Source of the DNA: Eledone cirrhosa
Taxonomy: Eukaryota
Assembly: GCA_964016885.1 (NCBI GenBank)
Contig: CAXHJY010001591.1
Span: 62,001 to 126,000 of the forward strand
DNA length: 64,000 nucleotides
Reading direction: 5' to 3'
Part shown: positions 41,799 through 57,800 of the stretch, piece by piece
Layout of the letters: every line of letters begins with the position of its first letter
Position numbering within the stretch: position 1 is the first letter of the stretch
Translations under genes and position numbers: made by a program
Notes under the pieces: generated by a model
What the model saw: only the letters and a program-made list of their open reading frames with translations
The model's database searches: none
Told to the model about the DNA's origin: nothing

Positions 41799-44013
41799 GA
41801 TAGCAACTAACAGTGCTGCGATCGAATGTGGCTTTTTAGCCCAGCCAATGATCCAAAATGTCTTGCACAGAGTCGGCAACCAAAACATTTACTGGGAATA
41901 GTCGGCTGTGGTTGGAGTTCGTGTACTTTTGCATGTCGCTTGAGTCCTCCTGCTGATTTACATTCTCTACCACATGTTTGGCAAGCATGATGAGTAGCAT
42001 CTCCAACAGCAGCCTGGTAGTCAACCACTGGTCTTACTTTATGACTGCGAAGATGACTTTCGAGTCCAGCTTTGCTTAGGCAGAGTCTCGCACAGACGCT
42101 GCATGTCAGAAACATAGGAGGACCCTCGCCGTCTGGAAGTGCAACAGCAATACCCTTCCTCACGTCCCGCTTTACTTTCTCGTGTGCGATTCGAGATGCC
42201 TCAAAGGCAACTTTTCCCTCATATACAGTCTTTCTCCATTTATTACGATCAGCAGCAATATTTTCCCATGTATCAGCAGAGATGTTAGCGTCTTTCAGAG
42301 AGGCCTTCAAGGAATCCTTATACCTCTTTTTTGGTTTATGTGGCGGTCGTTTTCCTTTAACCAACTCTCCATAGAAGAGTTGTTTTGGTATTCTAGAATC
42401 CTTCATCCTGGCAAGGTGACCACTCCAACGGAGTCGCTGCTTAAGCACAAGAGCTTCTATACTGTCACACATAGAGCTTTCCAAAATCTCGACATCACTG
42501 ATGTGGTCCCTCCAGCGAACGCCATGTATCCGTCTGAGACACATCTGATGGAAACGCTCCAATTGCTTAAGGTGGCGTCGATATGTGACCCAGGTCTCGC
42601 AGGCATAAAGAAGACAAGAGAGTACACATGCCCTGTACACCTTTACCTTTGTCCTCCTGCATATGTCTCGCCGACCCCAGAGTCGCCTTTCTAGCTTTCC
42701 GAAAGCATCACTTGCTTTCCTAATCCTAAGTGAGATTTCACTGTCAAGGTTGCCGTATCGATTGACAGTGCTTCCCAGGTAGACAAACTGATCAACCACT
42801 CCAAGTCGTTTGCCATACACATAGATGTTTGGTTCAGTGTACTGCCCACCAGGTGCAGGTTGGTACATGACGACGGTTTTCTTGAGACTGACAGTCAAAC
42901 CCAGGGCAGTGCAAGCGTCAGAAAATACATTCAAAATGTGCTGCATATCACTCTCTGTGTGCGCTACAAGATCGCAATCATCTGCATACAAGAGGTCTCT
43001 TATGACTGATGTAAATACTTTTGTCTTCGCAGCAAAGCGCCTGATGTTAAATATGCTGCCTGAGGTTCGATATCGGATGTAAACACCATGCTCGCAATTC
43101 CTGAATGCAATACAGAAAACCATTGCAAAGTATATGGCAAACAGGGTCGGTGCTGGAATATCCCCCTGTTTCACTCCATTTTTTACTGAGATAGGCTCCG
43201 ACATGTTACCTCCGACATTAACCCAAGCCTTCATGTCGTCATGGAAAGACCTAACTAAAGCAAGGAACTTATCAGGGCAACCAAGTTTCTGGAGAACCTT
43301 CCATAATGCATCTCTGTTGACAGTATCGAAAGCCTTTGTCAGATCGACAAAAACCTGATACAGATCCAAGCCCTGTTCAATGCACTTCTCCTGGAGCTGT
43401 CTAGCTGAGAAGATCATATCAGTAGTGCCGCGTCCAACACGAAAACCAGATTGACTTTCAGGAAGGACACAATCTGCAATGTGTGTCAGCAGACGGTCCA
43501 GAAGCACCCTACATAAAACTTTCCCCACGACAGAAAGCAATGATATACCTCTGTAGTTCCCACAATCATTCCTGTTACCCTTTCCCTTGTACAAGACCAC
43601 CATTACTGCATCTCTCCAGTCCTCAGGCACGGATTCATTAGCCCATATCCTTCCAAACAGAGAGTGAAGATGTTGCAGGAGTCTCTCACCACCATATTGT
43701 AGGAGCTCAGCATGTATGCCATCCATACCTGGAGATCTTCCACTGTTCAGCTTCGAAATAGCCACTGCAACCTCCACAAGTGTCGGAGGCTCTGCGAGAG
43801 CTACTTTCACAGGACTTTCCGGAATGAGATTGAGGAAATCTTCACTGACGACAGACGGCTGATTCAAAAGATCATCAAAGTGCTCCCGCCACCTTCGTAG
43901 AATTCCCTGTGAGTCACGAAGAAGTTCTTTGCCATCCCTGCTGCGAATCGGTGTCACCAGAGAAGAAGACGGTCCATAAACCTCACGCAAGAGACTGTAC
44001 AACAGCTTTGTGT
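41563..44013 (-). mobile_element. 5'-truncated RTE/BovB-like LINE with ~110-bp target-site duplication
   Basis: Open frame; 3'UTR with (GT)n, (TTA)n and terminal stem-loop; 41452-41562 repeated at 44014-44124. Confidence 0.92.
41807..44010 (-). CDS. Uninterrupted partial RTE ORF: RT plus three C-terminal C2H2 zinc fingers
   Basis: [35 protein letters not shown]; CSVC..H..H, CQTC..H..H, CRLC..H..H. Confidence 0.88.
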
Positions 44014-44142
44014 TATATATATATATATATATATGTGTGTATATATATATGTATACATACATATATATATATACATACATATATATATATATACATATAT
44101 ATACATACATATATATACATATATATATATATATATACATAC

Positions 44143-44190
<48 letters not shown>

Positions 44191-44223
44191 GTATATATAT
44201 ATGTATATATATATGTATATGTA

Positions 44224-44592
44224 TCATCATCATCATCATCATCGTTTAACGTCCATTTTCCACGCTTGCATGGGTTTGGACGGGAGTTTTCCCACTTGAG
44301 GCAAGATTGGTTGTCTTGCTCGTATAGGACTGTCTGGCGGGTTTTCTATGGCTGGATGCCCTTCCAAACACCAACCACGTTTACAGTGTGGACTGGGAGG
44401 TTTTTTTACCGTGTTACCTACACGGCCACATTACAGCGTGGACTGTGTTTTTTTTTTCCTGACACCTACACGACCTCATTTATTTCGGACTGGATGTTGT
44501 GGTACCAACATAACTTTACATCGAAAGGGGTGGTGGGGCGGGGGTGTATTTTTGTTAGAGGTGCCTACTGACTGTAGGTTTCGCTTTGTACA
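44224..44592 (-). mobile_element. RTE 3'UTR fragment
   Basis: Reverse complement of 38850-39230-type sequence; (CAT)n tail. Confidence 0.85.
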
Positions 44593-44732
44593 TATATATA
44601 TATACGTATATGTATATATATATACGTATATGTATATATATATATACGTATATGTATCATCATCACCATCATCATCATCATCATCATCGTTTAACGTCCA
44701 TATATATATATATATATTTATATATTTATATA

Positions 44733-45540
44733 TTGTTAACCAGATAATACTAGAATGTGTCATACCAAAAGATTGGTGCAGTAGCATCATTGTCAACTGC
44801 TACAAAGGTAAAGGTGATGCACTAGATAGAGGAAATTATAGAGGTATAAAGCTGATGGACCAGGTCATGAAAGTAACAGAAAGAGTTATAGCACAGTTGA
44901 TTAGGGACCGGGTGAAAATAGACGAGATGCAATTTGGGTTTGTACCAGGAAGAGGCACCACTGATGCCCTCTTCCTTGTGAGGCAGTTACAGGAAAAGTA
45001 CCTAGCTAAAAGTAAGCCACTCTACCTGGCATTCGTCGATCTCGAGAAAGCCTTTGACAGAGTTCCACGTGCTGTAATCTGGTGGGCTCTTAGAAAACTA
45101 GGAGTAGATGAATGGCTTGTGAAAGCGGTACAAGCCATGTATGGGGGAGCAGTCAGCAAAGTTAGGATTAGCAATGAGTATAGCGAGGAATTTAGCGTAC
45201 AGGTTGGAGTCCACCAGGGCTCTGTTCTTAGCCCTCTCCTGTTCATCATAGTCCTGCAGGCAATAATGGAGGAGTTTAAGACCGGATGCCCATGGGAACT
45301 CCTGTATGCTGATGACCTCGCACTTATAGCTGAATCTATGGTAGAACTAGAGAATAAATTCCAAACTTGGAAGCAGGGACTAGAAAGAAAGGGTGATCAA
45401 AGTCAACATGACAAAGACTAAGGTCCTTGTAAGTAGACAAGAAAACAGAACCCAGATCCCCTCAGGGAAATGGCCTTGCTCAGTATGTAGGAAAGGTGTA
45501 GGTAGGAACTCCATTCTCTGCCCCAAATGCAAACAATGAT
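44733..45540 (+). mobile_element. RTE RT fragment related to 37380-38150
   Basis: NYRGIKL, MQFGF, FVDLEKAFDRV, GVHQGSVLSP, LLYADD. Confidence 0.9.
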
Positions 45541-46007
45541 TATCAAAACTTCGTAAATTTTCTTAAATTTTTTAACGAGATCTGTTAGAAAAAATTGTTT
45601 TTCTTTTGAAGGAATGTTTTAGGAAACTTTATATTTTTATTTTTTTATTTTTTTAGTCTCTTAATCTCTTCTGGTTTGTTAGGTTTATTGGGGCTTATAA
45701 GCTTTATGCACTTATTGAGGGATTTTTTAAGGTGCTTCTACGAGATCCCAAGTCTTTTACTTTTAATGCGTAACTTATAAATTCTCTAATTTTTAACCTC
45801 CAATCCCTAACTCTTAGGCCCTTTTCAAATTCTCTTAACTCCCTATAACCCATCCCTTTTACAACTCCTACAACTAATATAAAAGAGCCCCCTTAGAATA
45901 TAGACCCCAAATATACATGCGGAGCTGTTGATGTATACCACAATTTCAAACTGCTAATCTTGAGTGAAACGTTGATGTAAATAATGAACTTACAATCACC
46001 TGTTATA

Positions 46008-46054
46008 TGCCTTGAAAAGTCCCACCATATGGTCTGACGAAACGGCTGTCGGCA
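46008..46054 (+). ncRNA. Hammerhead, U3-A8 core variant (family K), near the end of AT-rich tail 45541-46105
   Basis: TGCC-TTGAAAA-[gtc..acca/tggt..gac]-GAAA-CGGCTG-TC-GGCA, overlapping AATAAA. Confidence 0.82.
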
Positions 46055-46123
46055 ATAAACTTGTTATAATGTCATAATAGTTCCTTTGTTCATTTTCATT
46101 AATACGTATATATATATATATAT

Positions 46124-46593
<470 letters not shown>

Positions 46594-46656
46594 ATATATA
46601 TGTATATATATGTATATGTATATATATATATGTATATATATGTATATGTATATATG

Positions 46657-46687
<31 letters not shown>

Positions 46688-46689
46688 GT

Positions 46690-46735
<46 letters not shown>

Positions 46736-46785
46736 GTATATATATATATATGTATATATATATGTATGTATATATATATATATGT

Positions 46786-46827
<42 letters not shown>

Positions 46828-46868
46828 ATATATATGTATATGTATATATATATATGTATATGTATATG

Positions 46869-46916
<48 letters not shown>

Positions 46917-47135
46917 CATATATATATGTTTGTAAAAGCGGACGTAAAATAATGATGTTGATGATGATATGGATGAATATGTAAATAATTGAAAAACCGC
47001 TATTTTTAACGCTATGGAAAGTTTAGATATATATTAATAAGAGAGAAAGAAGAAGGAAAAAAGAAAAAGAAAGATAAAGGAAGACCACATATAACGTTAA
47101 TTTGGGATAAATATATTCGAACATTTATCTATGTA

Positions 47136-49803
47136 CTAGCAGTTTAGCCCGGCGTTGCTCGGGTTTGTTCATTTGCTATGAAAAGTTACATACAGGTAAA
47201 CGTGGTTTGAAAGCGAATAAGCTTATCAATTAAGTGCATAAAGCAGTTGAACCGGTTATTAAAAGTTACGAACCAATTAGCATTTTGGTCAATCAATGAT
47301 GGGTTAATAATCCTCCAATAGCGAATTTAGTCGACCAAAGTTGCAAGATGGTGGCCCTGATGCCGCTGGGTGTCAGATCTGTCCGCCATGGGATACCCTA
47401 CCAGGAAATAGTGTTCCAGACGGCATAGCTCCAACACCTGCACCAACATCTATAGCACCTCTTTGTAGACGATATTGCGTGTCATCCCTTGAGGAGAGTA
47501 AGCAAAAAGTCCATTCCTGCTCCCTGCGCGGGAACAGGCAACATAAAGTTGGCCATGGGAGAAGCATGGCTCCTCCAAATGGATGCCCGCCACCGACAAT
47601 GTTTGCCCTTGTGACTTGTTAATGGACATGGCAAAACATGGTCTCACCGGGAATTGGGATCGTCGGAAATCGAACGGGATATCTGACGCCGAGGGGAAAA
47701 GGTTCATCCTTGGAATGAAAACATTCTCCCCACTTCCGCACCCCGTTACAATGGTGGCCTCAATCAAGTGGGTGTCAGTGACTTGACCACCATGCGAGTA
47801 CCGTTGCACTGCTTTGGTGGACGCAAGTTCCTTATTAGCATAATGGGACAGCCAACCCTAAGCTTCATAATGTGAGGTAGGAGCCCTGGGGGTTCAAGGA
47901 GATTTAATAACTCAACCGGATAATTAACGATATCGTCGGGGTCTAATTTGAAGATGTGCTCTTTACCGGGAATCTTCTCAATCAGCTGCTCGTTAATAAA
48001 ATTAACCATGGTATTTTTCGGAGCAAGGATGGCTCTTTCGCTGAGCCAATCGAGGTTTTTAAAGTTAGATGAGACATTAGGAAAAACTGCTTCCCAAAGG
48101 TCAGAAGGGCTGCTCACAATGTTGCACAGGGTGTCGATTGCTATGCCGCCCTTGTCATCCGCAGGGATCTTGCCCTCACCAAGTGCTAAAATGTTCTGTG
48201 CTGCAGACATGTTGTCACCATGCAAATGAGCACGCATATTTGTGCTCAGGTACAAACTATTCACCTGGAGCCACACCATGGACGACTTAAGACAGGCACG
48301 CACTTCATCAGCTCTTGTCCATTTGGGGATGACAGGCACCGTTTTCCGAAAATCCCCTGATAGCAGAAGGGTTACGCCACCCATAGGAGCCGTAGAATCC
48401 CTAACGTCTTTCCGGGCCCTGTCCAATGCCTCAAGGGCACCCTTGTGTGGCATTGTGCATTCATCTCAAACAATGAGGCAACATCTTTTGAGAACCAGAG
48501 CTTTGTGTGAACTCTTGCTGATATTGCATGTTGGTGTCTCAGTTTTTACTAAATCCAAAGGGAGTTTAAAGGTTGAATGTGCTATCCTGCCTCCCGGCAG
48601 CAAAGTAGCAGCGATCCCGGACGATGCAACGGACACGCAACTTTTTTCTCCTGACGAATCTTAGCGAGAATCAAATTCGTTACAAAAGTTTTTCCGGTAC
48701 CCCCAGGAGCGTTTTTTATTGGGGGAATCCGGGGTTTTTTTTTTACCTTGAGGTATAACCAGTCAGTAGTTCCTTCAAAGGCTCTGGTGGTTCCGGAAGA
48801 GGGGGAAAGGTGACGTTACCGTTTAAGCAGCACATTGCAGGTGGCTCCCCAGCCCACTGAGTAGCAGAGCGCATCGAGTAATTAACGTTTTGCTCATACT
48901 TGAAAGCCCGTAGGTGCCAGTAAGGGCTGTTGGGGCTCGTCACACCGCGTGCAGCTTCTCGCCGTCGACTGTTACACTTGAACGTAGAACATTGGTCGTG
49001 TGGTTGGTGGGAAGGTCTGGCAGCAATAGCAGAAGCAACATTTGCAATGCTAATGGACCGCCCGTCTGCATCTTCAGAAGCCATGGAAGTAGTCATAGCC
49101 GCAGCGTCCGTAGGAAGGCGAGCCGTCCGTTGTTTTAAACATTCCAAAGACCTGGAAGCAGCATTAGTCGCAGCGTTTCTAGCCAGGCGCTTCGACCTTT
49201 GTTCACGGCTCTCTGAAGCCCTGGAAGAAGCCTGGTATGAAGCCATTTTGGCTAGGCGTGCGGTGCGCTGTTGGAAACTTTCAGCGGCTCGACATTCTGC
49301 TGAACGTAAGGCTGTCTGTGAAAGTCTTGAAGCATTTTCCTCAGAGGACTCGTTTGCTATAGTAGCCTTTTGCGCCACTGCTGACGCGGTATGTCGACTG
49401 AGGCGACTTCTCTTTTTAGGTGACATTTTATGTCCAAAAGAAAGGGTGAAAGTTACTTCTACAGAAAAATTGACTTTGAAAGTCTACTGTCTATTTATGA
49501 ATATTGTTATTGTTGTTGTGATACAAATGTTAGTAAGTAAATTGGTATCGAAAAATAAAGGGTGAAAGTTACTTCAACATAAAAATTGACTTTGAAAGTA
49601 TAAGGCTGATAATTGAATGTAAAAAGATTGATAAGAAAGCCCCCCCCCCCCCCCTCCAAAAAAATGTACAGGTATTTGTATGTATGTGTGTATTTTTATG
49701 TCGAAAAGAAAGGGTTAAAGTTACTTCTACAGAAAAATATAGTTTGAAAGTGTAAGGCCGATGTGTGTGTAAATTAAGTGACAGGTATTTGTATGTATGT
49801 GTG

Positions 49804-49835
<32 letters not shown>

Positions 49836-50516
49836 TGTATGTATGTATGTATGTATGTATGTATGTATTAAAGGTTGAAAGTTACTTCAACATAAAAATT
49901 GACTTTGAAAGTATAAGGCTGATAATTGAATGTAAAAAGATTGATAAGAAAGGCCCAAAAAAAAAATTTACAGGTATTTGTATGTATGTGTGTATTTTTA
50001 TGTCGAAAATAAAGGGTTAAAGTTACTTATACAGAAAAATTTAGTTTGAAAGTGTAAGGCCGATCTCTTTATCATTATATGCTATTGTTATATCTAAAAC
50101 AAACTGTGTATGCGTTGATTGATTGAAATTCCCGCGTTCCTGTTTCTATGACATCAATCGTAACCATACCAACATATATGTGTGTGTATGCACCCACATA
50201 TATGTGTGTATATGTTTTTTTTCAATGTTTCTCTTTTTCACAAACACTTATAAGAGAAGGTAGCAATTTTAAGGGGAGGTGATGAATGGGAGTAGATATA
50301 GGAAACGTATATCATATGAGAGAGGAGAAATCACCGATTGTTGAAATAAATCGATTTTTCCGTAATTGTGGCATTTTTTAGCCAATAAGATCGCCCATGA
50401 CCCAAATTAGAATATTTGTAAACATTCTGCTTAATTATTCATTAAATATTTTTGGAATTGTGTAAATGTATAAAATTGAAACATACATACAGACACAAAA
50501 ATCTGCCTTTTATAGA
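47136..50516 (-). mobile_element. Internally deleted Helitron (N-terminal region plus PIF1 helicase remnants, no Rep/HUH domain seen)
   Basis: 5' TC at 50516; 3' hairpin cccgagcaacgccggg plus CTAG at 47136; A/T target; APGGTGKT, LLSGDF, AILAPKN, MLIRNL, FAMSINKSQGQTL, FSHGQLYVACSR. Confidence 0.92.
49440..50065. repeat. Internal tandem repeats in the Helitron 5' region
   Basis: aaagg(g/t)t(g/t)aaagttactt occurs five times, with (GTAT)n. Confidence 0.8.
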
Positions 50517-50616
50517 TATGATGATATATTTATATGGAGAATTATTTTTGTAAGTATTTATCTTATTATATTGTAGTGGATTAAATATACCTATATATAT
50601 TTTAACAGCATATGTA

Positions 50617-50666
<50 letters not shown>

Positions 50667-53064
50667 GGCGACCTACGTAGTAAATCGTATCATCGTGAGC
50701 TCCGCAAAGGTTTTTTATTTCCGTTTGTTAAAAATTGCCATTTATGGAAAATGTTATTGTTAACTGTTTATAAGCGCACATACATTGTTTTCCGAAAAGG
50801 ACACCCAAAAAGATTGGGGCCTTGTGCCCAAAATTTAAACTTTTATGATTATCAAAAAATTTCTTTGAAAAAAAATGGCTAATTCACCTCTGCACCAAGC
50901 AGCTGAGAGCCTTCCTCATAAACTAACACCTCACACCGACACCACCATTGTAAATATTACTACGTTTGCCAACACAAAAAGTTTAAGCAGTAGCAATATT
51001 TTTAATTTGTCTCAGGCAGACATTCATTTCCCGCCATTACCAATGACTGCAGGTGTTAAAGCCGCAACCACCACCACCACCGCGACAACCACCACCACCA
51101 CCACCACCGCGACAACAGAAACAAAAGGAAAAAATAAATCAACTCGTGATGTCGAAATGTTTTCAACCAAAATGGACTCTTCCACAACGAACACCACTGA
51201 CGTCACCACCACCACAACTGAAACTAAAATTAATAATAACAAAAATAACGATAACAACAACAGCAACAATGACATTAAAAAAACCACCCTGAGTTTTGCC
51301 AGAGTAGCAAAACAGTGCGAAGCATTTACGGTAACTCAGGAGGAATTAGAAAATGCCAAACAAATGGTAAAGAAAGATGAGTACAGGGTCGTCCCTCTTG
51401 TACGTATTGACTCTCGAGCCATTACTGCACAAACTGGAGGAGTTGAGGGGGGTCCCGCGCGAACTAGGATGCGGAAGATCCGTGTCAGCATATGCGGACG
51501 ATGTCACCGTAGTGGTGTCGAACGCCAAACACATCGAGGCGATCGGCACTACACTAAGAGAATACGAAGCAGTGGCAGGAGCAATGATCAACCAGGAAAA
51601 GTCAGTGGGCCTGCAGCTCGGCACCTGGAGAGGCAGGTCCATGCCGTCCAACAGCGTCTTCGGGCGTTGGACGGACGGACCGGTTAAATTGCTAGGGGTC
51701 TGGTTCGGTCCGGACCTCCAGACGGACAAAAACTGGGACGAGGTGACGAGCAGGGTGGCTTCTCTCACCCAGAAATGGGCCGAGAGGAAGCTATCCCTGA
51801 AAGGTCGAGCGGAGGTGGCTAACGCGTACATCCTAAGCCCCGCCTGACTGCGCTGGAGCATTTGCTCTTTCGCTTTTTGTGGAAGGGATGCGCTCCGATG
51901 GTCAGGCGGTCCATCTGCTGTCAACACCCGCTACGTGGAGGGCTAGGCATGCCATGGCTAATGATGCGCAGACACGCTTAGGCTACATCTCCACCTCTTC
52001 CTCGACGGTGATCAGGTGTGGTCGCCGTTTGCTAGACGCGTCTTTCCCCAGCTCGTTTCCTTGACGGAGCTGCAGTCCTGGGTCAAGCGAAGACCGAGAG
52101 GGAGCGCTTGGAGACTGGAATGTTTTCAGGCGCTCACAGCCCTCGACCAATCGGGCAATGTGATCGGTGGAAACTCCACCTTGGCGTTCTATAGAGGATT
52201 AGTGGAGGGGAAGAGCGACGACGTACTTGGAGAAACTCTAGGCGTCGACGAAAATCAACTAGCCAATCTCTTCGGAAGGACTTTCGGGCCGGGGCTTATG
52301 GACAACTTCCAGAAATCCCTGGCCTGGTAGTGCTACCGGGGAGCTTTGCCAGTTCGGGATAAACTCTACAGGCATGGAGGTGCCGTCAGCCGGGCATGTC
52401 CGAGATGCGCGCAGGGCGACGAAACCGTCCTGCACGCACTCGTCCAGTGTCCGAGCATTGCTGACTTGTGGGTTTATGTCGAACACCTGCTGTCACGTGT
52501 AGGACGGATCCAGCTATCAACTGAGTCCATCGTGAGGATTGCCCCGCCCTCTTCCTTTAGCCGGGAAGGGCAGGCAGTTTTTATCTGTCTGGTGGCCATG
52601 GCGAAAGAGATAGTATGGTGGACACGTTTGAAAGAGCTGAAGACGAGCACTTACCTCTTCGGCGATGCCCTGATTAACTTTTTAAAATTTCATTTGAAAA
52701 GGAAAATCAGGGTAGAGAGGGATGTGCTCTCTTCCCAGCATTTTGTTGAAAGATGGGTGAGAGAAGCAAGTATGGCCCGAGTGAATGGGCCTACTCTGAG
52801 TATGTGTCTGTAAATTAAAGGTGGAAAACTGGGAGAGGGCACTTGCCCTGGTGGTCAGGGTCACTGTGGTCTTTTAATGGGCTTTCTCCACAAATGTCCC
52901 TCGGAAGTCTCCCCCCCCCCCCTATTGGGGAATTTTTCTTTGTTATTTTATTACATCCTCTGTTTTTTTTACACGCAGAAATGCCTATTTGTACCGTCCT
53001 GTATTGTCCTGTACTGTCCTTAATGTCTACTTTATGTAAACCCTTGTGGTTAATAAAGAAAACA
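50667..53064 (+). mobile_element. Internally deleted L1/Tx1-clade LINE inserted in (TTA)n
   Basis: ORF1-like start at 50875 fused at about 51385 to RT (LYVLTLEPLL, AYADD, LLGVWFG, LSLKGR) and a C-terminal CCHC (LPVRDKL..CPRC..ETVLHAL..C); AATAAA end; (TTA)n on both sides. Confidence 0.87.
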
Positions 53065-53090
53065 TTATTATTATTATTATTATTATTATT

Positions 53091-54739
<1,649 letters not shown>

Positions 54740-54774
54740 GTATATATATGTATGTGTATATATATATATATAAA

Positions 54775-54804
<30 letters not shown>

Positions 54805-54812
<8 letters not shown>

Positions 54813-57800
54813 AGAACAAAAGATGGTTAAAAGAGTTCCATGTATTTTATTATGCGCATTTCAAAAACAAATATCATCATGCAATAATATTTGTGTTTTC
54901 ATCAGATAAAACATGAAGACATGATATGAAGGTTAAAAAACACTTGTGGATAGTTCAGTTTTAAATCAACATATGAGAAGTAGTTTTAGATTGATGTGTG
55001 ATATTGGGAAAAATATTTTATTTAGAGGGGGGTGGAAAGGATGAAAAAGAGGAGGAGATGAGAGTAAAAAGTGGAGAGAGAGGAGTATAATGAGGAAGGA
55101 TGAGATAGGAGGAGAGATGGGTGATAGAGAGAGAGAGATAGCTTTTATAACTGAGAAAGATATATTGGTTTACATAGAGAGGTTGAAAACCGTTGGAAGA
55201 TAATGTATAGATTAAAAGAATTTGAAAATTAACGAAGAGAAAAATAATGTAAAGTTAAGGTTTGTATATTGAGGGGTTTGATAATATGTGCGATGAAAAA
55301 AGAAAATGTTAATATGTATTGAGAATAATGTTTAAGGGTTTAATAATATGTGCGATGTTAAGAGAATGTTGATATGTATTATTAAAAGAAACAACAGGTT
55401 ATTTAAGTAAGGAAATATTGTGAGATGAGCATGAATGAGTTAGATGAAAGGGAGAAAAGAATAATGAAATTATTAAATTCAATTTTTAGGTTATGTTTGG
55501 TTAAAGAGATTACGTATATTGTTCTTAATAATATTAAGGTTAACTATGTTGCAATTTAAGATAGTAAAGAATCCATCGTCACGATAAATTCCACCGCGAA
55601 GTTGAGGAATTTTCCGACTCAAAGAGTTCAAAATAAAGATGCCAATTAAATCTGTCAATTGGGATGAATCGGATGCTCCCATTGTGATGTCGAAGTTGTT
55701 AGAGGTATCGGCTCTGGTTCAATATTCGTTGTTGAACTCTAGGATGGTTTTACGTGCGGTGAGAATGATGTGAAGTTCATCTGTGGTGATGTCAGAATAT
55801 TTAAGTGCGAAATATAGAGCATTATTGAGAAGTGAAGGCGAAATAGAAGAATAGTAGCTGGCAATATCAAATTGAACAAATTTTAGTTTGTTTTTATTAT
55901 TCAATTCGTTGAACCAGCTAATCACTTCAGAAGTACCAAACCATAAATTTAGGTTCAAAGAAGAGCAATTAGAACGAACCTGTGGGATAATTCTATCCAA
56001 GATGGCTTTACTAACAACCCCCATATCTGATTTAGAGGGGGCGATTAATCTAACAGGTAGTTCAGTGCGAAAATTGTTTTTGTGATCCTTGAGATTTATC
56101 CTCGGAGTTCTTGGGAGGAATGGTTCTGTCTTTTTTTCAATGCCATGTTTTGACATAATCTTTTAGGCTTCAAAGTTTATGTATTCTAAATTTTCATGGT
56201 TGGTTTTACGATATTTTTTCCTAAGTTCCTTTAGGATAAGGTTGTTATAATTATCCTTGGAAATACCATATAAGTTATTGGTTTTGTCAGAGTGGACTAA
56301 AACATTTTTTGAGGAATTTAGGTTTGAAATTGTGTTCTTGAGATTTACAAGGTGCTCTTGTCCTTTGTAAGGGTATCTCTTGAATTTAAGATTTTTTATA
56401 ATTTTAGTTAACTCTTCCTCGAATTGCACTAGATTTTTGTTGGAAGGACGATTTCTTCTAGAATTAAATAGATGATCGAGGAAGTTATGTTCTTTGGTAT
56501 AGAAGTTCCCTTTTAGGCGCTGGTCATAGAAATAGGCTATCCATCTAAATCTTCTTACGAAGGAGTCAGTTTTTTCAATTAGAAGTTTGGTGAATTCAGA
56601 TTTACCAGGTATAGGAATGTCTTTAGTTGAATTGGTTATGTTGTAATAATCCATGTTGTAGAAGAAGAAAGAAGTAAAAGACCATCAAAAGGTATCCAAT
56701 ATGAGAGTAAGCGCTCAACCGTTAAGGAGCAAGTTAATGTATGAGGTGAGTTTTATTGTAGTACAATAAAGCAATGCAGATATCGGATAATAAGCACTGT
56801 ACAGTTTGTAGGACTGGAGTATACATAATATATAAGAACAAAAGATGGTTAAAAGAGTTCCATGTATTTTATTATGTGCATTTCAAAAACAAATATCATC
56901 ATGTAATAATATTTGTGTTTTCATCAGATAAAACATGAAGACATGATATGAAGGTTAGAAAACACTTGTGGATAGTTCAGTTTTAAATCAACATATGAGA
57001 AGTAGTTTTAGATTGATGTGTGATATTGGGAAAAATATTTTATTTAGAGGGGGGTGGAAAGGATGAAAAAGAGGAGGAGATGAGAGTAAAAAGTGGAGAA
57101 GAAGGAGTATAATGAGGAAAGATGAGATAGGAGGAGAGATGGGTGATATAGAGAGAGAGATAGCTTTTATAACTGAGAAAGATATATTGGTTTACATAGA
57201 GAGGTTGAAAACCGTTGGAAGATAATGTATAGATTAAAAGAATTTGAAAATTAACGAAGAGAAAAATAATGTAAAGTTAAGGTTTGTATATTGAGGGGTT
57301 TGATAATACGTGCGATGAAAAAAGAAAATGTTAATATGTATTGAGAATAATGTTTAAGGGTTTAATAATATGTGCGATGTTAAGAGAATGTTGATATGTA
57401 TTATTAAAAGGAACAACAGGTTATTTAAGTAAGGAAATATTGTGAGATGAGCATGAATGAGTTAGATGAAAGGGAGAAAAGAATAATGAATTGAGGATGA
57501 ATAATCTAACGTCAAAAAAATGTATATGTTTACGAAGGATTTTTACAAGGTGATATAGAGTAAGAATGTATTGTACTATGAAATAATTGATTCTATGTTA
57601 GGCAAGGCAAGAGTGAGAAAAGGTACAGATTAGGGGTTAGACATTAAAAGAAGAAGAGAAGAAAGGGAAGTGATAAATAGGAGCGATGTAGAATGAGTAA
57701 CAAGTATTATATAATGTATAATAACCTTTGAAATAAGGTAGAAAGATGGGTATATTTTTAAAAGAAGTGTATATATATATATATATATGTGCCTTTGAGA

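Noticed and set aside
55719-56165. In-frame TGA (55719) and TAA (56163) in family B as recoding or selenocysteine
   Set aside because: The TGA is TGG (Trp) in the paralog near 34941, and the TAA aligns with a Tyr in family A; ordinary decay
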